A stretch of 64,000 bases of DNA, from contig CAWIMW010000007.1 of NCBI GenBank assembly GCA_963837365.1, forward strand, positions 70,478 to 134,477, in the 5' to 3' direction. Numbering within the stretch: position 1 is the stretch's first letter; the number at the start of each line of letters is the position of its first letter. The notes below the pieces were generated by a model. The model made no database searches, was not told the DNA's origin, and was given only the letters and a program-made list of their open reading frames with translations. Source of the DNA: an uncultured Acidobacteriota bacterium (GTDB lineage: Bacteria; Acidobacteriota; Terriglobia; Terriglobales; Acidobacteriaceae). Position numbers and translations under genes: made by a program. Positions 26,942 to 36,300 of this stretch are shown one piece after another.

Positions 26942-28009
26942 TTACTCCGCCGCAGGCGCAAAATATCCGCTCCGCGCCTGCACTTTGTAATCCCCCTTGG
27001 CCTTGATCTCCAGTTTCCGGAAAGCTCCGTTGTGCGTCAGGTTGGTTGGCGTATATCCAATACTGTACTGGCTGCGCAGTTCCCGCGAGATCTGGTCGAA
27101 AGCATCTCTCAGCTTGTCAACTTTGTTTCCAATCTCAATCATCCGGCCGCCGGTTTCTTTGGTGAGCTTGTTCATGTCCCCCGCGCCGGAGTAGCCTCCG
27201 CCGTAAAAGTCACGATCCGCCAATAGCAGCACATAGCAGATGGAATCCGACTTCTGCGCCGCCTCGATGGCATCACGAAGACGCGTCTGGCTTCCCTGGT
27301 CTTCGCCGTCGGTCAGCAGGATCATGGCTTTGCGTCCCACCTGCTGCGCCAGCTCATCATGCGAAGCTAGATAAACCGCGTCGTAAAGCAAGGTCCCACG
27401 CGGGACGCTCGATGTAGGAATCGGCCCTTGGCCAATGCCAGGAATACCTCCATACACTCCGCCGCCGCTGTTGATCTTGGCGCGGTTCAGCGCAGCTTTC
27501 AGGTCGTGCGCTGAACTGGTGAAGTCCTGCAACAACTCCACATTCACATCAAAGCTCAGCACAAACGCCAGATCTTTCGCCCGCAGCACGTTTTGCAGGA
27601 ATGTTCCTCCCACTTCTTTTTCCGATTGCAGCACGCGGGTCTGGCTGGCGCTGGCATCAATCAAAATCCCCAAAGTCAAGGGCAGGTCGGAGTTGGCGCT
27701 GAAATATTTGATGGTTTGTGGCTTGCCATCCTCAAGGACCTCAAAATCGTCCTTGGTCAGGTTCGGAATCAACCCTCCCTTGTGGTCTTTCACGTTGAAA
27801 AAGGTCTGCACCAGGTCGGTCCGGGTCTTGAAGACCGCGGTCGGTTCCTCGCTCGGGGTCGTGTCCTGTTGAGTCTGGCTCTCCGAACCCGGCGGAGGCT
27901 GCGGCATGCGGGGAGGCGGCATAGGGACTACTGGGGGTTGCTGCCCCGCTGCCAGCAGAACAACCATCCCGACCGTCAAAAGCAAAAAAGCGATACGCAC
28001 TTTGGACAT
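26942..28009 (-). CDS. Secreted VWA-domain protein (TIGR03436-like), copy 2
   Basis: Signal peptide, a P/Q-rich linker, then FFNVKDHKGGLIPNLTKDDFEVLEDGKPQ...LTLGILIDASASQ...TLLYDAVY...LLTDGEDQGS. Confidence 0.8.
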   Translation of the reverse strand: MSKVRIAFLLLTVGMVVLLAAGQQPPVVPMPPPRMPQPPPGSESQTQQDTTPSEEPTAVFKTRTDLVQTFFNVKDHKGGLIPNLTKDDFEVLEDGKPQTIKYFSANSDLPLTLGILIDASASQTRVLQSEKEVGGTFLQNVLRAKDLAFVLSFDVNVELLQDFTSSAHDLKAALNRAKINSGGGVYGGIPGIGQGPIPTSSVPRGTLLYDAVYLASHDELAQQVGRKAMILLTDGEDQGSQTRLRDAIEAAQKSDSICYVLLLADRDFYGGGYSGAGDMNKLTKETGGRMIEIGNKVDKLRDAFDQISRELRSQYSIGYTPTNLTHNGAFRKLEIKAKGDYKVQARSGYFAPAAE

Positions 28010-28143
28010 TGAGTGATCCCAGGAATTCTTTGCTAGTCTATTCTTTCAGAAAGTTAGATGCACCGAAGGGGAGTCTCCAAGCATCCCAAGCAGTGAAGGT
28101 TTCATACGCATTACAATGAGAGGGTGAGTCCTTGGCGCTGAAA

Positions 28144-29457
28144 ATGACTGGGATGCGACGTAAAGTATTTAGTTTGATGGCGATACTTTTGCTTACACCG
28201 GGCTTGGTGATCTCGGCCCAGGACAATAAGCAGGACATTCCTGATGCCCCCTCGGCCGCGCAGCCGCCACAGTCATTTCCGCAGGATGCACCGCCCGCGC
28301 CGAAAGAACAACCTCAGACCAGTGAACAGCCCAAGGAAGCCACCCCCGGGGTAGTTCAACCTCCGTTGCCGTTTCCAGGAGACGAGCCCGCGAAACCATC
28401 CCCGGAAGTAAAAACCATGCCGCCAGGGACTCCGAGAGGCGATGGCAGTAATACCCGCGAAGATCTCTACACATTCAGAACTACAACCAATTTCGTGCAA
28501 GTGCCTGTGACCGTGAAAGACCAGGATGGCCGCCTGGTGAATGGTTTAGTCCCCAAAGATTTTCAGGTCCTGGAAAACGGCGAACAGCAGAAGATGACTT
28601 TTTTCACCAGCGATCCATTTCCGCTCTCCGCGGCGGTGATTTTTGATCTGGGGATGCCCGACAGCGTGGTGCAGAAAGTAAACCGGACATTCCCCGCGCT
28701 CGAAGGCGCATTCAGCCAGTTCGATGAAGTCTCGCTCTACGTGTACAGCGGAACCGTCTCCCGCGTTACCGACTACAGCGCGGTCAGCGCACAGTTGACC
28801 GACACATTGAACGAACTCAAAACCAAGCGCGGAAGAAACGATGGAGTTCCCGTGACCGGCGGCCCCTTCGGACCGCAGGGGCCAGTGATCAATGGAGTGC
28901 CTGCGGGACAGGCCGTTCCTGTGCTGATTACGCCGCCAAAAGAGTCGCACGTTATCAATGACGCCATTCTTGCCGCAGCGCTTGATCTCAGCAAGCGCGA
29001 ACGCGACCGCCGCAAGATTATTTTTGTGATCAGCGATGGCCGCGAACTCGGCAGCACAGCCAGCTACCGTGATGTACTAAAAGTGCTCTTGACCAACGGA
29101 ATCGTGGTGTACGGAGTCGGAGTTGGTAGCTCGGCATACCCCGTCTACGGCAAGCTGCAAAAGTTCCACATCCCCCGCCTGGGTACCGGGGATATCCTCC
29201 CCAAGTACGCCTCGGCCACGGGTGGCGAGCTGTTCACCGAAATGTCCAAGGACGACATTGACGCGGTTTACGCCCGGGCCATCGGGGACGCCCGCAACCA
29301 GTACACCCTGGGCTACGTGACCAAAACCGCTCCGGGAGGCGGCTATCGTGAGATTGAGGTACGAGTGGCCCGTCCGGATTGCTCCCGCTACTCGGGGTCC
29401 TGTGTCCGGACGTATGCCAAGGCCGGGTACTACCCTACACCCCCGCCGGTCCGCTAG
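28144..29457 (+). CDS. Secreted VWA-domain protein (TIGR03436-like), copy 3
   Basis: ATG 28144 (the track starts at TTG 28132). Signal peptide, a P/Q-rich linker, then VQVPVTVKDQDGRLVNGLVPKDFQVLENGEQQ...FVISDGRELGS...VYGVGVG. Confidence 0.8.
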   Translation: MTGMRRKVFSLMAILLLTPGLVISAQDNKQDIPDAPSAAQPPQSFPQDAPPAPKEQPQTSEQPKEATPGVVQPPLPFPGDEPAKPSPEVKTMPPGTPRGDGSNTREDLYTFRTTTNFVQVPVTVKDQDGRLVNGLVPKDFQVLENGEQQKMTFFTSDPFPLSAAVIFDLGMPDSVVQKVNRTFPALEGAFSQFDEVSLYVYSGTVSRVTDYSAVSAQLTDTLNELKTKRGRNDGVPVTGGPFGPQGPVINGVPAGQAVPVLITPPKESHVINDAILAAALDLSKRERDRRKIIFVISDGRELGSTASYRDVLKVLLTNGIVVYGVGVGSSAYPVYGKLQKFHIPRLGTGDILPKYASATGGELFTEMSKDDIDAVYARAIGDARNQYTLGYVTKTAPGGGYREIEVRVARPDCSRYSGSCVRTYAKAGYYPTPPPVR

Positions 29458-29622
29458 CCGTTGTTGGCCAAGACTTTAGCTTAGGGATTTCTCATCTAGT
29501 AACGTGGGTAATCTGTGGTAACTGCCGCCGCTGTGGTATAAAACGGAACAGTATCTAAACCCAAAATTTGATGAGGGATAGCTCCGGTTGGCAGTATTCC
29601 CTCCAGGTGTCCGAGGAAAGTC

Positions 29623-30210
29623 TTGAGTTTCATCAACTTTGCAGCCCGCGAAATCAACTGCAAGATCGTGTATTACGGCGCCGGGTTAGGCGGCAAGACC
29701 ACGAACTTGCAGCACATTTACAAGACCACTGCCGAACAGCAGAAGGGCAAGATGATTTCGCTGGCCACCGAGACCGAGCGTACGTTGTTCTTCGACTTCC
29801 TGCCTTTGGATTTGGGCTCAGTCCGCGGCTTCAAGACCCGCATACACCTCTACACCGTCCCCGGCCAGGTCTTCTACGACGCCAGCCGCAAGCTGATCCT
29901 GCGCGGGGTTGATGGCATCGTGTTCGTCGCCGACTCCCAGCAGGAACGCATGGACGCCAACATAGAGGCCCTGGACAACCTCATGGCCAACCTCAAAGAG
30001 CACGGCTACGACTTCAACAAAATTCCCTACGTCCTGCAACTCAACAAGCGCGACTTGCCCAACGTGCTTCCGGTGGAATCGTTAAGCAAGGAGCTGAAGC
30101 GTAAGAATGAGCCCATTATTGAAGCAGTGGCTTTTCAGGGAACTGGGGTGTTTGACACCTTGAAAGAGATCGCCCGGCAGGTGCTGGTGGAGTTGAAGCA
30201 GGGCGGGTAG
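29623..30210 (+). CDS. mglA: MglA-family Ras-like small GTPase
   Basis: TTG start at 29623 with GAGGAAAG upstream. [33 protein letters not shown]...TLFFDFLPL...[37 protein letters not shown]...LNKRDL is near-collinear with Myxococcus MglA as I recall it. Confidence 0.9.
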   Translation: MSFINFAAREINCKIVYYGAGLGGKTTNLQHIYKTTAEQQKGKMISLATETERTLFFDFLPLDLGSVRGFKTRIHLYTVPGQVFYDASRKLILRGVDGIVFVADSQQERMDANIEALDNLMANLKEHGYDFNKIPYVLQLNKRDLPNVLPVESLSKELKRKNEPIIEAVAFQGTGVFDTLKEIARQVLVELKQGG

Positions 30211-30283
30211 AAGCAAAAGTGGCTAGTGACTAGCCAAAACCTGGCCCTCAAAGAATTCTTTACTAGCCACTAACCACTAGTCA

Positions 30284-31660
30284 CTATTCTAGCTGCAACG
30301 ACTTCAGCATCTGCTCAAACGTCGGACGCACGGCGCTGAAATCTTTGTCGGGTGAGATGAAGACCAGATAAAGCAACGACCCGTCGCTGCGTTTCACCGT
30401 CACCAGCCAATCCCGCTCCTTGATCGCTGTCCCCTGTTGGTCTTTTATCGGCGAACTCCCAATCAGATCCAGTGATTTCCCCGCGATTCCGTTTATGCGT
30501 ATGTCTTCGTCATTGCCAATCGCGCGCAAGTCCGCGTTCGATTGCCGCAGAGAGTTCAGCAGTTCATGCGTCGCCTGGTCCAGGCTGGCATTGGACTCCT
30601 CCGGCTGATAGGCATTGATCATCACTCCGTTAGCGATGGCGTTCTCCGAGACTCCGCTTGGAGGAGCGATGGTGACGGAAGAATTCTGGTCGCCATACAC
30701 TTGCCAATTGTCCGGATAGGAAATCTTGTAGTTATTATGGGAGAAAGTTTTCGTACTGCTGCTGGGAGCGTTGGTCTGCGTCTGGCCGGCTTGGGCTTTC
30801 TGCATGTCAGCAATTTGCTGCGCCGTCAGAGGTTGCATGCCTGCTACGCGCTTCTTAATGCCGGCGAAGTTACTGCTACTCGCCACATACTGCTTTCGGG
30901 GCAGGGTCGCAACTTCCTGGGATACCGCTGCCGCACGATTCCCCGGATTTGGATGGTCACTGAAAAATTGCTGCACATTCGTGCTGCTCCCCATTTCCTT
31001 TTCCAGTTTGGAAAAGAAGTCGGCCATGGCATGGGGGTCGTAGCCACTGTCATACATGATGTCAGTTCCGAGCAGGTCCGCTTCCGACTCGGCTTTGCGG
31101 GAATTCTTGAGGAAATAAGACCCGACTCCGAAAGAAATTCCCATCTGGGCCATCTGAGAAAGGGCGCCCTTGCCCATGACCCCGCCCAAAATCGCCAGCG
31201 GGAGCTGCGCCGCCATCTGCTTGGTCGCCGCGCGCGTGCCATGGCGCTGCACCACGTGGGAAATTTCGTGCGCCATCACTCCCGCCAGTTGGGCCTCGTT
31301 GTCCGCAGCTTGAATCGTCCCCAGGTTCACAAAGATCGGGCCGCCCGGCAAAGCGAACGCATTGATCTCCTTTTGATTCACCACATGAAATTCATAGGGC
31401 CACTTCTCCCCCGGCGCATGCGACGCCAGCTTCTGCCCCAGCTTCTGCACATATTTGGTGACGGGATCAGAATCCGGCAGCAGTGGAAGTTGTTTCTTTA
31501 CCTCAGCAGCAGCTTGCTGTCCCGCCTGGACTTCCTCCTGCGCCGAAAACATATCAAACCCGCTGGAAGGTTTGACGCGAGCTTGGAGAAGGCCAGGGCT
31601 AACCGCCCATAATGCCATCCACACCAAAAATCCACCGGTAGCAAGATATTTCTCTCTCAT
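30284..31660 (-). CDS. M48 family zinc metallopeptidase with C-terminal extension, secreted
   Basis: HEISHVVQRH (HExxH) with a downstream ESEADLLG. N-terminal signal or membrane anchor. AGAGGA SD before ATG 31660. Confidence 0.85.
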   Translation of the reverse strand: MREKYLATGGFLVWMALWAVSPGLLQARVKPSSGFDMFSAQEEVQAGQQAAAEVKKQLPLLPDSDPVTKYVQKLGQKLASHAPGEKWPYEFHVVNQKEINAFALPGGPIFVNLGTIQAADNEAQLAGVMAHEISHVVQRHGTRAATKQMAAQLPLAILGGVMGKGALSQMAQMGISFGVGSYFLKNSRKAESEADLLGTDIMYDSGYDPHAMADFFSKLEKEMGSSTNVQQFFSDHPNPGNRAAAVSQEVATLPRKQYVASSSNFAGIKKRVAGMQPLTAQQIADMQKAQAGQTQTNAPSSSTKTFSHNNYKISYPDNWQVYGDQNSSVTIAPPSGVSENAIANGVMINAYQPEESNASLDQATHELLNSLRQSNADLRAIGNDEDIRINGIAGKSLDLIGSSPIKDQQGTAIKERDWLVTVKRSDGSLLYLVFISPDKDFSAVRPTFEQMLKSLQLE

Positions 31661-31777
31661 AAAATCCTCTGTCTGTCAGATGCCGGTTCCAGTACGCCGT
31701 TTTCCTTAGAGCGCCGCCACCATCCAATTACGCGTAATGGGAATTCTAATTCCACCTGAACCTCGCCGCCTATCTGC

Positions 31778-33518
31778 TCAAGCCCGGGCAAATCCGCACC
31801 GTTCTACGAGCCCAACAAATCGAGCATCCGTCCGGAACTCGTCCCACTTGGGGTCAATCGGCAGGAAGATCAGATGCACGTCCCGGACTTGGAACGCGCG
31901 CTCGAGACAGTTGAGGGCCAAGTCGCGTTGGTCGAGCCCGGCATGAATCAGGGCCGCCGCATAAGGAGGGACATAGCGATCATGCGCAATGGCCTCCAAC
32001 GTATCCAGAACCTCCATGGCTTCATCCTTGCGTCCCAGCTTCGCGAGCAAATAGCCACGAAGAGAAAACGCCTTACTGTTACCACCACTAAGGCGTGCCG
32101 AAGTGTTGAGAGATTCCAACGCCAATTCAACCTTGCCCAATTGCACGTAAGCCTGGGCGAGCTGAAAATGGCCAATCCAGAATTCCGGATCCACAACGAT
32201 TGCCTGCCTGGCAAACTGCACTGCCGCGGCATAGTCGCGCGCAGCAAAGGCGGCTTGGGCCGAGAGTGCCTGGTGCATGGCGAGTACTGGATCAAGTTCG
32301 CGCGCGCGGTTGAGCGCTTGCTGTGCTTCCTCATGCATGCCGAGATGCGACAGTAGAATCCCAAGCATACGGTGCGCGAGGGGGTAGCTGGGATCAAGTT
32401 CAATTGCCTTCCGGTAGGCCGTCTCCGCCTCTGCCCAGTCCCAATCGAGCCAGAACTTCAAGAATCCCAGAGAAGTTTGCGCCTCAGCAAGTTGTGGCTC
32501 AGAGCTGACGGCACGGGTAGCAGCTTCACGGGCGCGCGGCCATACCTCAAGTGGAGACGCGTCCCCGTTCATGGGGCTTGCGGCGTAACGCGTCAGCGAT
32601 TCCAGACCAGGCGAGCGCATAGGCCCGATCCAGTTCGGTAGCACGGGCATAGCACTCGATCGCGCGCTTGGTTGTCGGCGGTTTGTTTTGGTGCCAGAAA
32701 TAACGGCCGCGTAAATACAAATCGTAGGCCTCAGCATTCCGCGTCTGCCGGCGGCCCAGCGCGTTCAAACGCTGGGGAGAAAGCTGGAGCCGTATCTGCT
32801 CGGCAAGAGCAGCGCCCAACTCACACTGCAAAGCCAGCATGCTCACCGGTTCGCTGTCGTACGACGAGGACCACATCTGGACTTGGTCGCCCGCGCGAAT
32901 CAACTTGGATGTGATCCGCAGTCGTCCGCCCTCGGCACGAATGGAGCTTTCCACCAGGTACGCGGCGCCCAACTCGCGGCCAATCTCTGCCAGGGTTTTT
33001 GCGGTTCGCTTGTACGCCATCACCGAGGTGCGGCCAATCACGCTCAAGTGGTCCGGATCAATCTGGCCGAGCGAGGTGATGGTTTCCTCGGTAAGTCCAT
33101 CGCTGAGGTATTCCTTCTCCGCGTCAGTGCTTAGATTCTCAAACGGCAGGACGGCCAGCGTCACCCGCGATGACGCCTCCTGAGGCACTGCCTGGGCGGA
33201 TTCCACAGCCGCGGTAAAACGGTATCCTTTGCCCGGGATGGTGGCGATGTAGCGGTTCTCGCCCCGGCTTTCCCCCAGCACGCGCCGCAAAGTTGAAATG
33301 TTCTGATTGAGGTTGTTTTCTTCGACCGCCGTATCCGGCCACACGGCTTGCATCAACTCTTCCTTGTCTACAACGTTTCCGGTTCGCCGCACCAGATGGA
33401 GCAAGGTGTCGAACACCTTGGGCGTAAGTGGCACTGAGACGCCATTGCGCAACAGCAGACGCTTGTCTACTTCGATACGAAAGCCTTCGAATTCGTAAGT
33501 CTTGGGGTTCGAACTCAT
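31778..33518 (-). pseudogene. CadC/OmpR-type winged-helix DNA-binding + TPR regulator, split by a 1-nt frameshift
   Basis: ORFs 32547..33518 and 31778..32737 overlap. The N-terminus is YEFEGFRIEVDKRLLLRNGVSVPLTPKVFDTLLHLV...IATIPGKGYRFTA (trans_reg_C). Reading ...AWSGIADA and then skipping one T near 32585-32591 continues as YAASPMNGDASPLEVWPRAREAA... This is collinear with the intact paralog at 43506..45437 (AWSGLCDAYVVKAVDMEAP...). Confidence 0.75.
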
Positions 33519-33650
33519 AAGGGCCGAAACTTCAGAAAACTTCAGAAAGATTCATATGATTCTAAAGATTTTCCCATCTGCTAGCGAGGATTATGTGGGT
33601 CGAAACCGCCGGACAAGATCCGGGAGACATGGCAATGAGGAGAATTCGAT

Positions 33651-34202
33651 ATGAAGTTTAAGGTTGGGAAAACACTGTACTTACTGGGGGTGGCAGGGTT
33701 TGCGGGGTGTTTGCTGCTGTTGTCGGCACCGCATGCGAATGCCGGAGAGCCGTTCCACGGAAAAACAATCGTAGGGACTTGGCACGTGGATGTCCAACTA
33801 CACACCTGTGACGCATCCGCAGCGCCTATGGGTAAGCCGTTCGCGGCGCTGTTGACCTTCGCAAGCGGTGGCACCATGAGCGGGAGCACCTCAAACTCCG
33901 CCTTCGCTGTCGGCCAGCGCAGTTCGGACCAGGGCATCTGGAGCTTCAGGGGTTGGCGCAAATACCAGGCCAAGCAAGCGGCGTTCATTTTCTATACAAC
34001 GCCGCCCATCCCCCCTGTCACCATGGGAGGCCCTCCGGTCTCTCCCGGTTTCAACGCCGGCGTGCAAACCATCTCGCAGGACATTGAATTCAAAAACGGT
34101 CCTGACGAGTTCAACAGCGAAGCACAGATTGATTTTGCCGACGAGACCGGCGCTGTCTACCGGCACGCCTGCGCCACAGCGGTAGCCCAACGATTCGAGT
34201 AA
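33651..34202 (+). CDS. Small secreted protein, paralog of 42748..43386
   Basis: Signal peptide MKFKVGKTLYLLGVAGFAGCLLLLSAPHANA. It shares the blocks IVGTWHV, GIWSFRGWRKY and ISQDIEFKNGPDEFNS with the protein at 42748..43386. Confidence 0.55.
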   Translation: MKFKVGKTLYLLGVAGFAGCLLLLSAPHANAGEPFHGKTIVGTWHVDVQLHTCDASAAPMGKPFAALLTFASGGTMSGSTSNSAFAVGQRSSDQGIWSFRGWRKYQAKQAAFIFYTTPPIPPVTMGGPPVSPGFNAGVQTISQDIEFKNGPDEFNSEAQIDFADETGAVYRHACATAVAQRFE

Positions 34203-34345
34203 TGCACCTCGGGGTTCAAGATTTCCGCAGGGGCGACCGTCAAAGTGGACCTGAGGGTGATGAAGGAACTTGCCGGGCAGTACGAGTGCCGGCTTGGAGC
34301 CATACAGCGGAGTGATCGTCACCACAGCGTGATTTCTAGCGGTGG

Positions 34346-35314
34346 TTACAAATCGTTGGACAAGGCCAACCCCGGCGTGTGCGAAACATGGTCGTGCTGC
34401 GCAAAGAATCCCCATACCCGTGGCCAGAATTCCTGTGGCGCTTTCCCTGCGGCTCCACAATGCGCAGCCCCAGGCACAAGCCAGAACTGGGCTTTGGGGT
34501 TAGCTCGCGCCAGTACCCGCGATTGATCGGGAAGAATATTGATGTCGGCATCCCCATGAATCAACAGCACTGGGACGCTGGAATTTCTTAACGCATCTAC
34601 CGGGTTGGCACGAAAAAGATCCACACCGTAACGCCATTTTGCATAACGCAGACCAACTTCAACCGGCAGCAGGCCGATGGTTCTGCCGAATAGCCGTTCC
34701 AGGCCGAAACGTCCGGCGCCAATGAAATATCCCTCCCGATCGTAAGCCACGCTGCGGAAGGTGGAGAATCCGGAATCTGCAACCACCGCGCAAAATCTGG
34801 GTTCGGAGCTGAGACTCTCCAGTACCAATGCCGCGCCCATCGACTCGCCCAAACCATCCACGCAGGTAGCTCCGCGGTCATAGAGCCACGAAACCCAGCG
34901 ATGAATGTCATCGCTTTCCCGCACTCCGTAGGTGGCTAGATCACCGCCGGATTCTCCATGCGCCCGCGAATCCGGCAGCAGCACGCGATACCCATGTTGC
35001 AGGAACGTACGCCCGTAACCAGCCACTCCGCCGCGGTTGTCACCAATGCCATGCAGCAAAATGACCGCCCGCCCATTCTCGTGCTCCGGCACGCTGTACC
35101 ACGCGCGCAGTTCGACTCCGTCAGCCGCATGAATGGAAACCGGCTCCAACTTTGCGCCGTACGGTGCATACATCGCGGCAATGGGGGCTTCATTAGGACG
35201 GGTACGCCCGGGGTGTAAGGTCATCTCCGCCAGCACAAACCCTGCAATTAGCGAAAGGACGACGTAGCTCGCTGCACACTTAAGCGCGATCCTGACCGGC
35301 CGGTATATGGGCAT
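34346..35314 (-). CDS. Alpha/beta hydrolase with N-terminal membrane anchor
   Basis: Oxyanion-region HG in ILLHGIGDN. Nucleophile elbow GESMGA. C-terminal IHGDAD, then AAH. Confidence 0.8.
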   Translation of the reverse strand: MPIYRPVRIALKCAASYVVLSLIAGFVLAEMTLHPGRTRPNEAPIAAMYAPYGAKLEPVSIHAADGVELRAWYSVPEHENGRAVILLHGIGDNRGGVAGYGRTFLQHGYRVLLPDSRAHGESGGDLATYGVRESDDIHRWVSWLYDRGATCVDGLGESMGAALVLESLSSEPRFCAVVADSGFSTFRSVAYDREGYFIGAGRFGLERLFGRTIGLLPVEVGLRYAKWRYGVDLFRANPVDALRNSSVPVLLIHGDADINILPDQSRVLARANPKAQFWLVPGAAHCGAAGKAPQEFWPRVWGFFAQHDHVSHTPGLALSNDL

Positions 35315-35397
35315 TCTTATGGACTAGTACGCCCCGGCGGGCGGTAATGTTTCCAAAATTTCACAAAACCCAGACTTAGTGATCCATCCTGCAAGTC

Positions 35398-35619
35398 CTA
35401 AAATCCGCAGGTCTTAGTTCCAGTATTTCCGCCACGGCGGCCATTCAACCACACACCGCGCAGCAGGCAGCCGATGGCAATTCCGTACAGCAAGCCAGTC
35501 TCTGCATCATTGATGCCGATGCGGTTTTCAAAATGCAGCGCAAGCATGGCCAGAATCAGGCACAGCGAACCTACGCGGATCATGGTTGACGGCGTATTGA
35601 AAATATTGCGAAATTTCAT
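35398..35619 (-). CDS. Small membrane protein (2 TM), hypothetical
   Basis: ATG 35619 with an AAGGAGA SD. Third gene of the HTH trio. Confidence 0.4.
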   Translation of the reverse strand: MKFRNIFNTPSTMIRVGSLCLILAMLALHFENRIGINDAETGLLYGIAIGCLLRGVWLNGRRGGNTGTKTCGF

Positions 35620-35639
35620 CTGCGATTCTCCTTCGGAGT

Positions 35640-35855
35640 TTAGTCAGTTAAGTAGTAGTAAGTCATGGCGGCCAACTTTACGCCCACAAAAGTAAGGCTG
35701 ACGGCGAGCAAATCCCAACTCCAAACGTGGTTGATGTAAAAGCGATAAGCGAAAAGCAAAATTGCAGTTACGCCGCCAATCACTCCGGCCAAACTGGTGG
35801 AGCGCAGGCGATGGGTGAGAAAACGTTCGTCAACCAATTTGCTAAGGATGTTCAT
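35640..35855 (-). CDS. Small membrane protein (2 TM), hypothetical
   Basis: Its ATG 35855 overlaps the TGA of the upstream HTH gene (ATGA), which indicates translational coupling. Confidence 0.45.
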   Translation of the reverse strand: MNILSKLVDERFLTHRLRSTSLAGVIGGVTAILLFAYRFYINHVWSWDLLAVSLTFVGVKLAAMTYYYLTD

Positions 35856-36064
35856 GAGTGGTTCTCCAGCTTGAAAATGTCATCCGTGGAACAGCCAAAA
35901 ATCCGGGAAAACATCAACGCCAGCGGCAGGCTGGGGACATAGCGGTTGCGCTCGATGGAAATGATGCTTTGCCGCGTGACCCCTGCTTTGTCTGCCAGCT
36001 CCTCCTGGGTCCAGCCACGCTCGCTGCGGAGTTCTTTGACCCGGTTTTGGATGTTCGGCGCCAT
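35852..36064 (-). CDS. XRE-family helix-turn-helix transcriptional regulator (70 aa)
   Basis: VKELRSERGWTQEELADKAGVTRQSIISIERNRYVPSLPLALMFSRIF is a classic HTH_3 sequence. Confidence 0.8.
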   Translation of the reverse strand: MAPNIQNRVKELRSERGWTQEELADKAGVTRQSIISIERNRYVPSLPLALMFSRIFGCSTDDIFKLENHS

Positions 36065-36300
36065 GTAAAGCTAACTGTACATCGCAAAGGTGGGCGTGTC
36101 AAGCGTACTTTACATTTGACCAAGCTGGTAAGCGGCACTGGGACTTCCAACCCCAGTCACTTGCTCACGTGATTCTGATCACTTCCTTCGCCGCCAAGCC
36201 GCTGAACAATAGGTGTTGCGTAAGGCGCATGTGCCCCGTCACGCGCGGTGCCCGTATTACATAGGCTCGTGAATCGGAGCGGAACCCCGAGGAGGAATGT

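Noticed and set aside
29568-29912. A 114-aa ORF overlapping the mglA start that could have been an upstream mglB.
   Set aside because: It is in a different frame over the strongly supported mglA coding sequence. It is Arg-rich and bears no resemblance to roadblock/LC7 proteins.
33500-33520. A tRNA T-arm-like string, ggttcgaactc.
   Set aside because: It is the reverse complement of the first codons (MSSNPK) of the CadC-like gene. No acceptor or anticodon arms can be drawn around it. I found no tRNA-like cloverleaf in any intergenic region.
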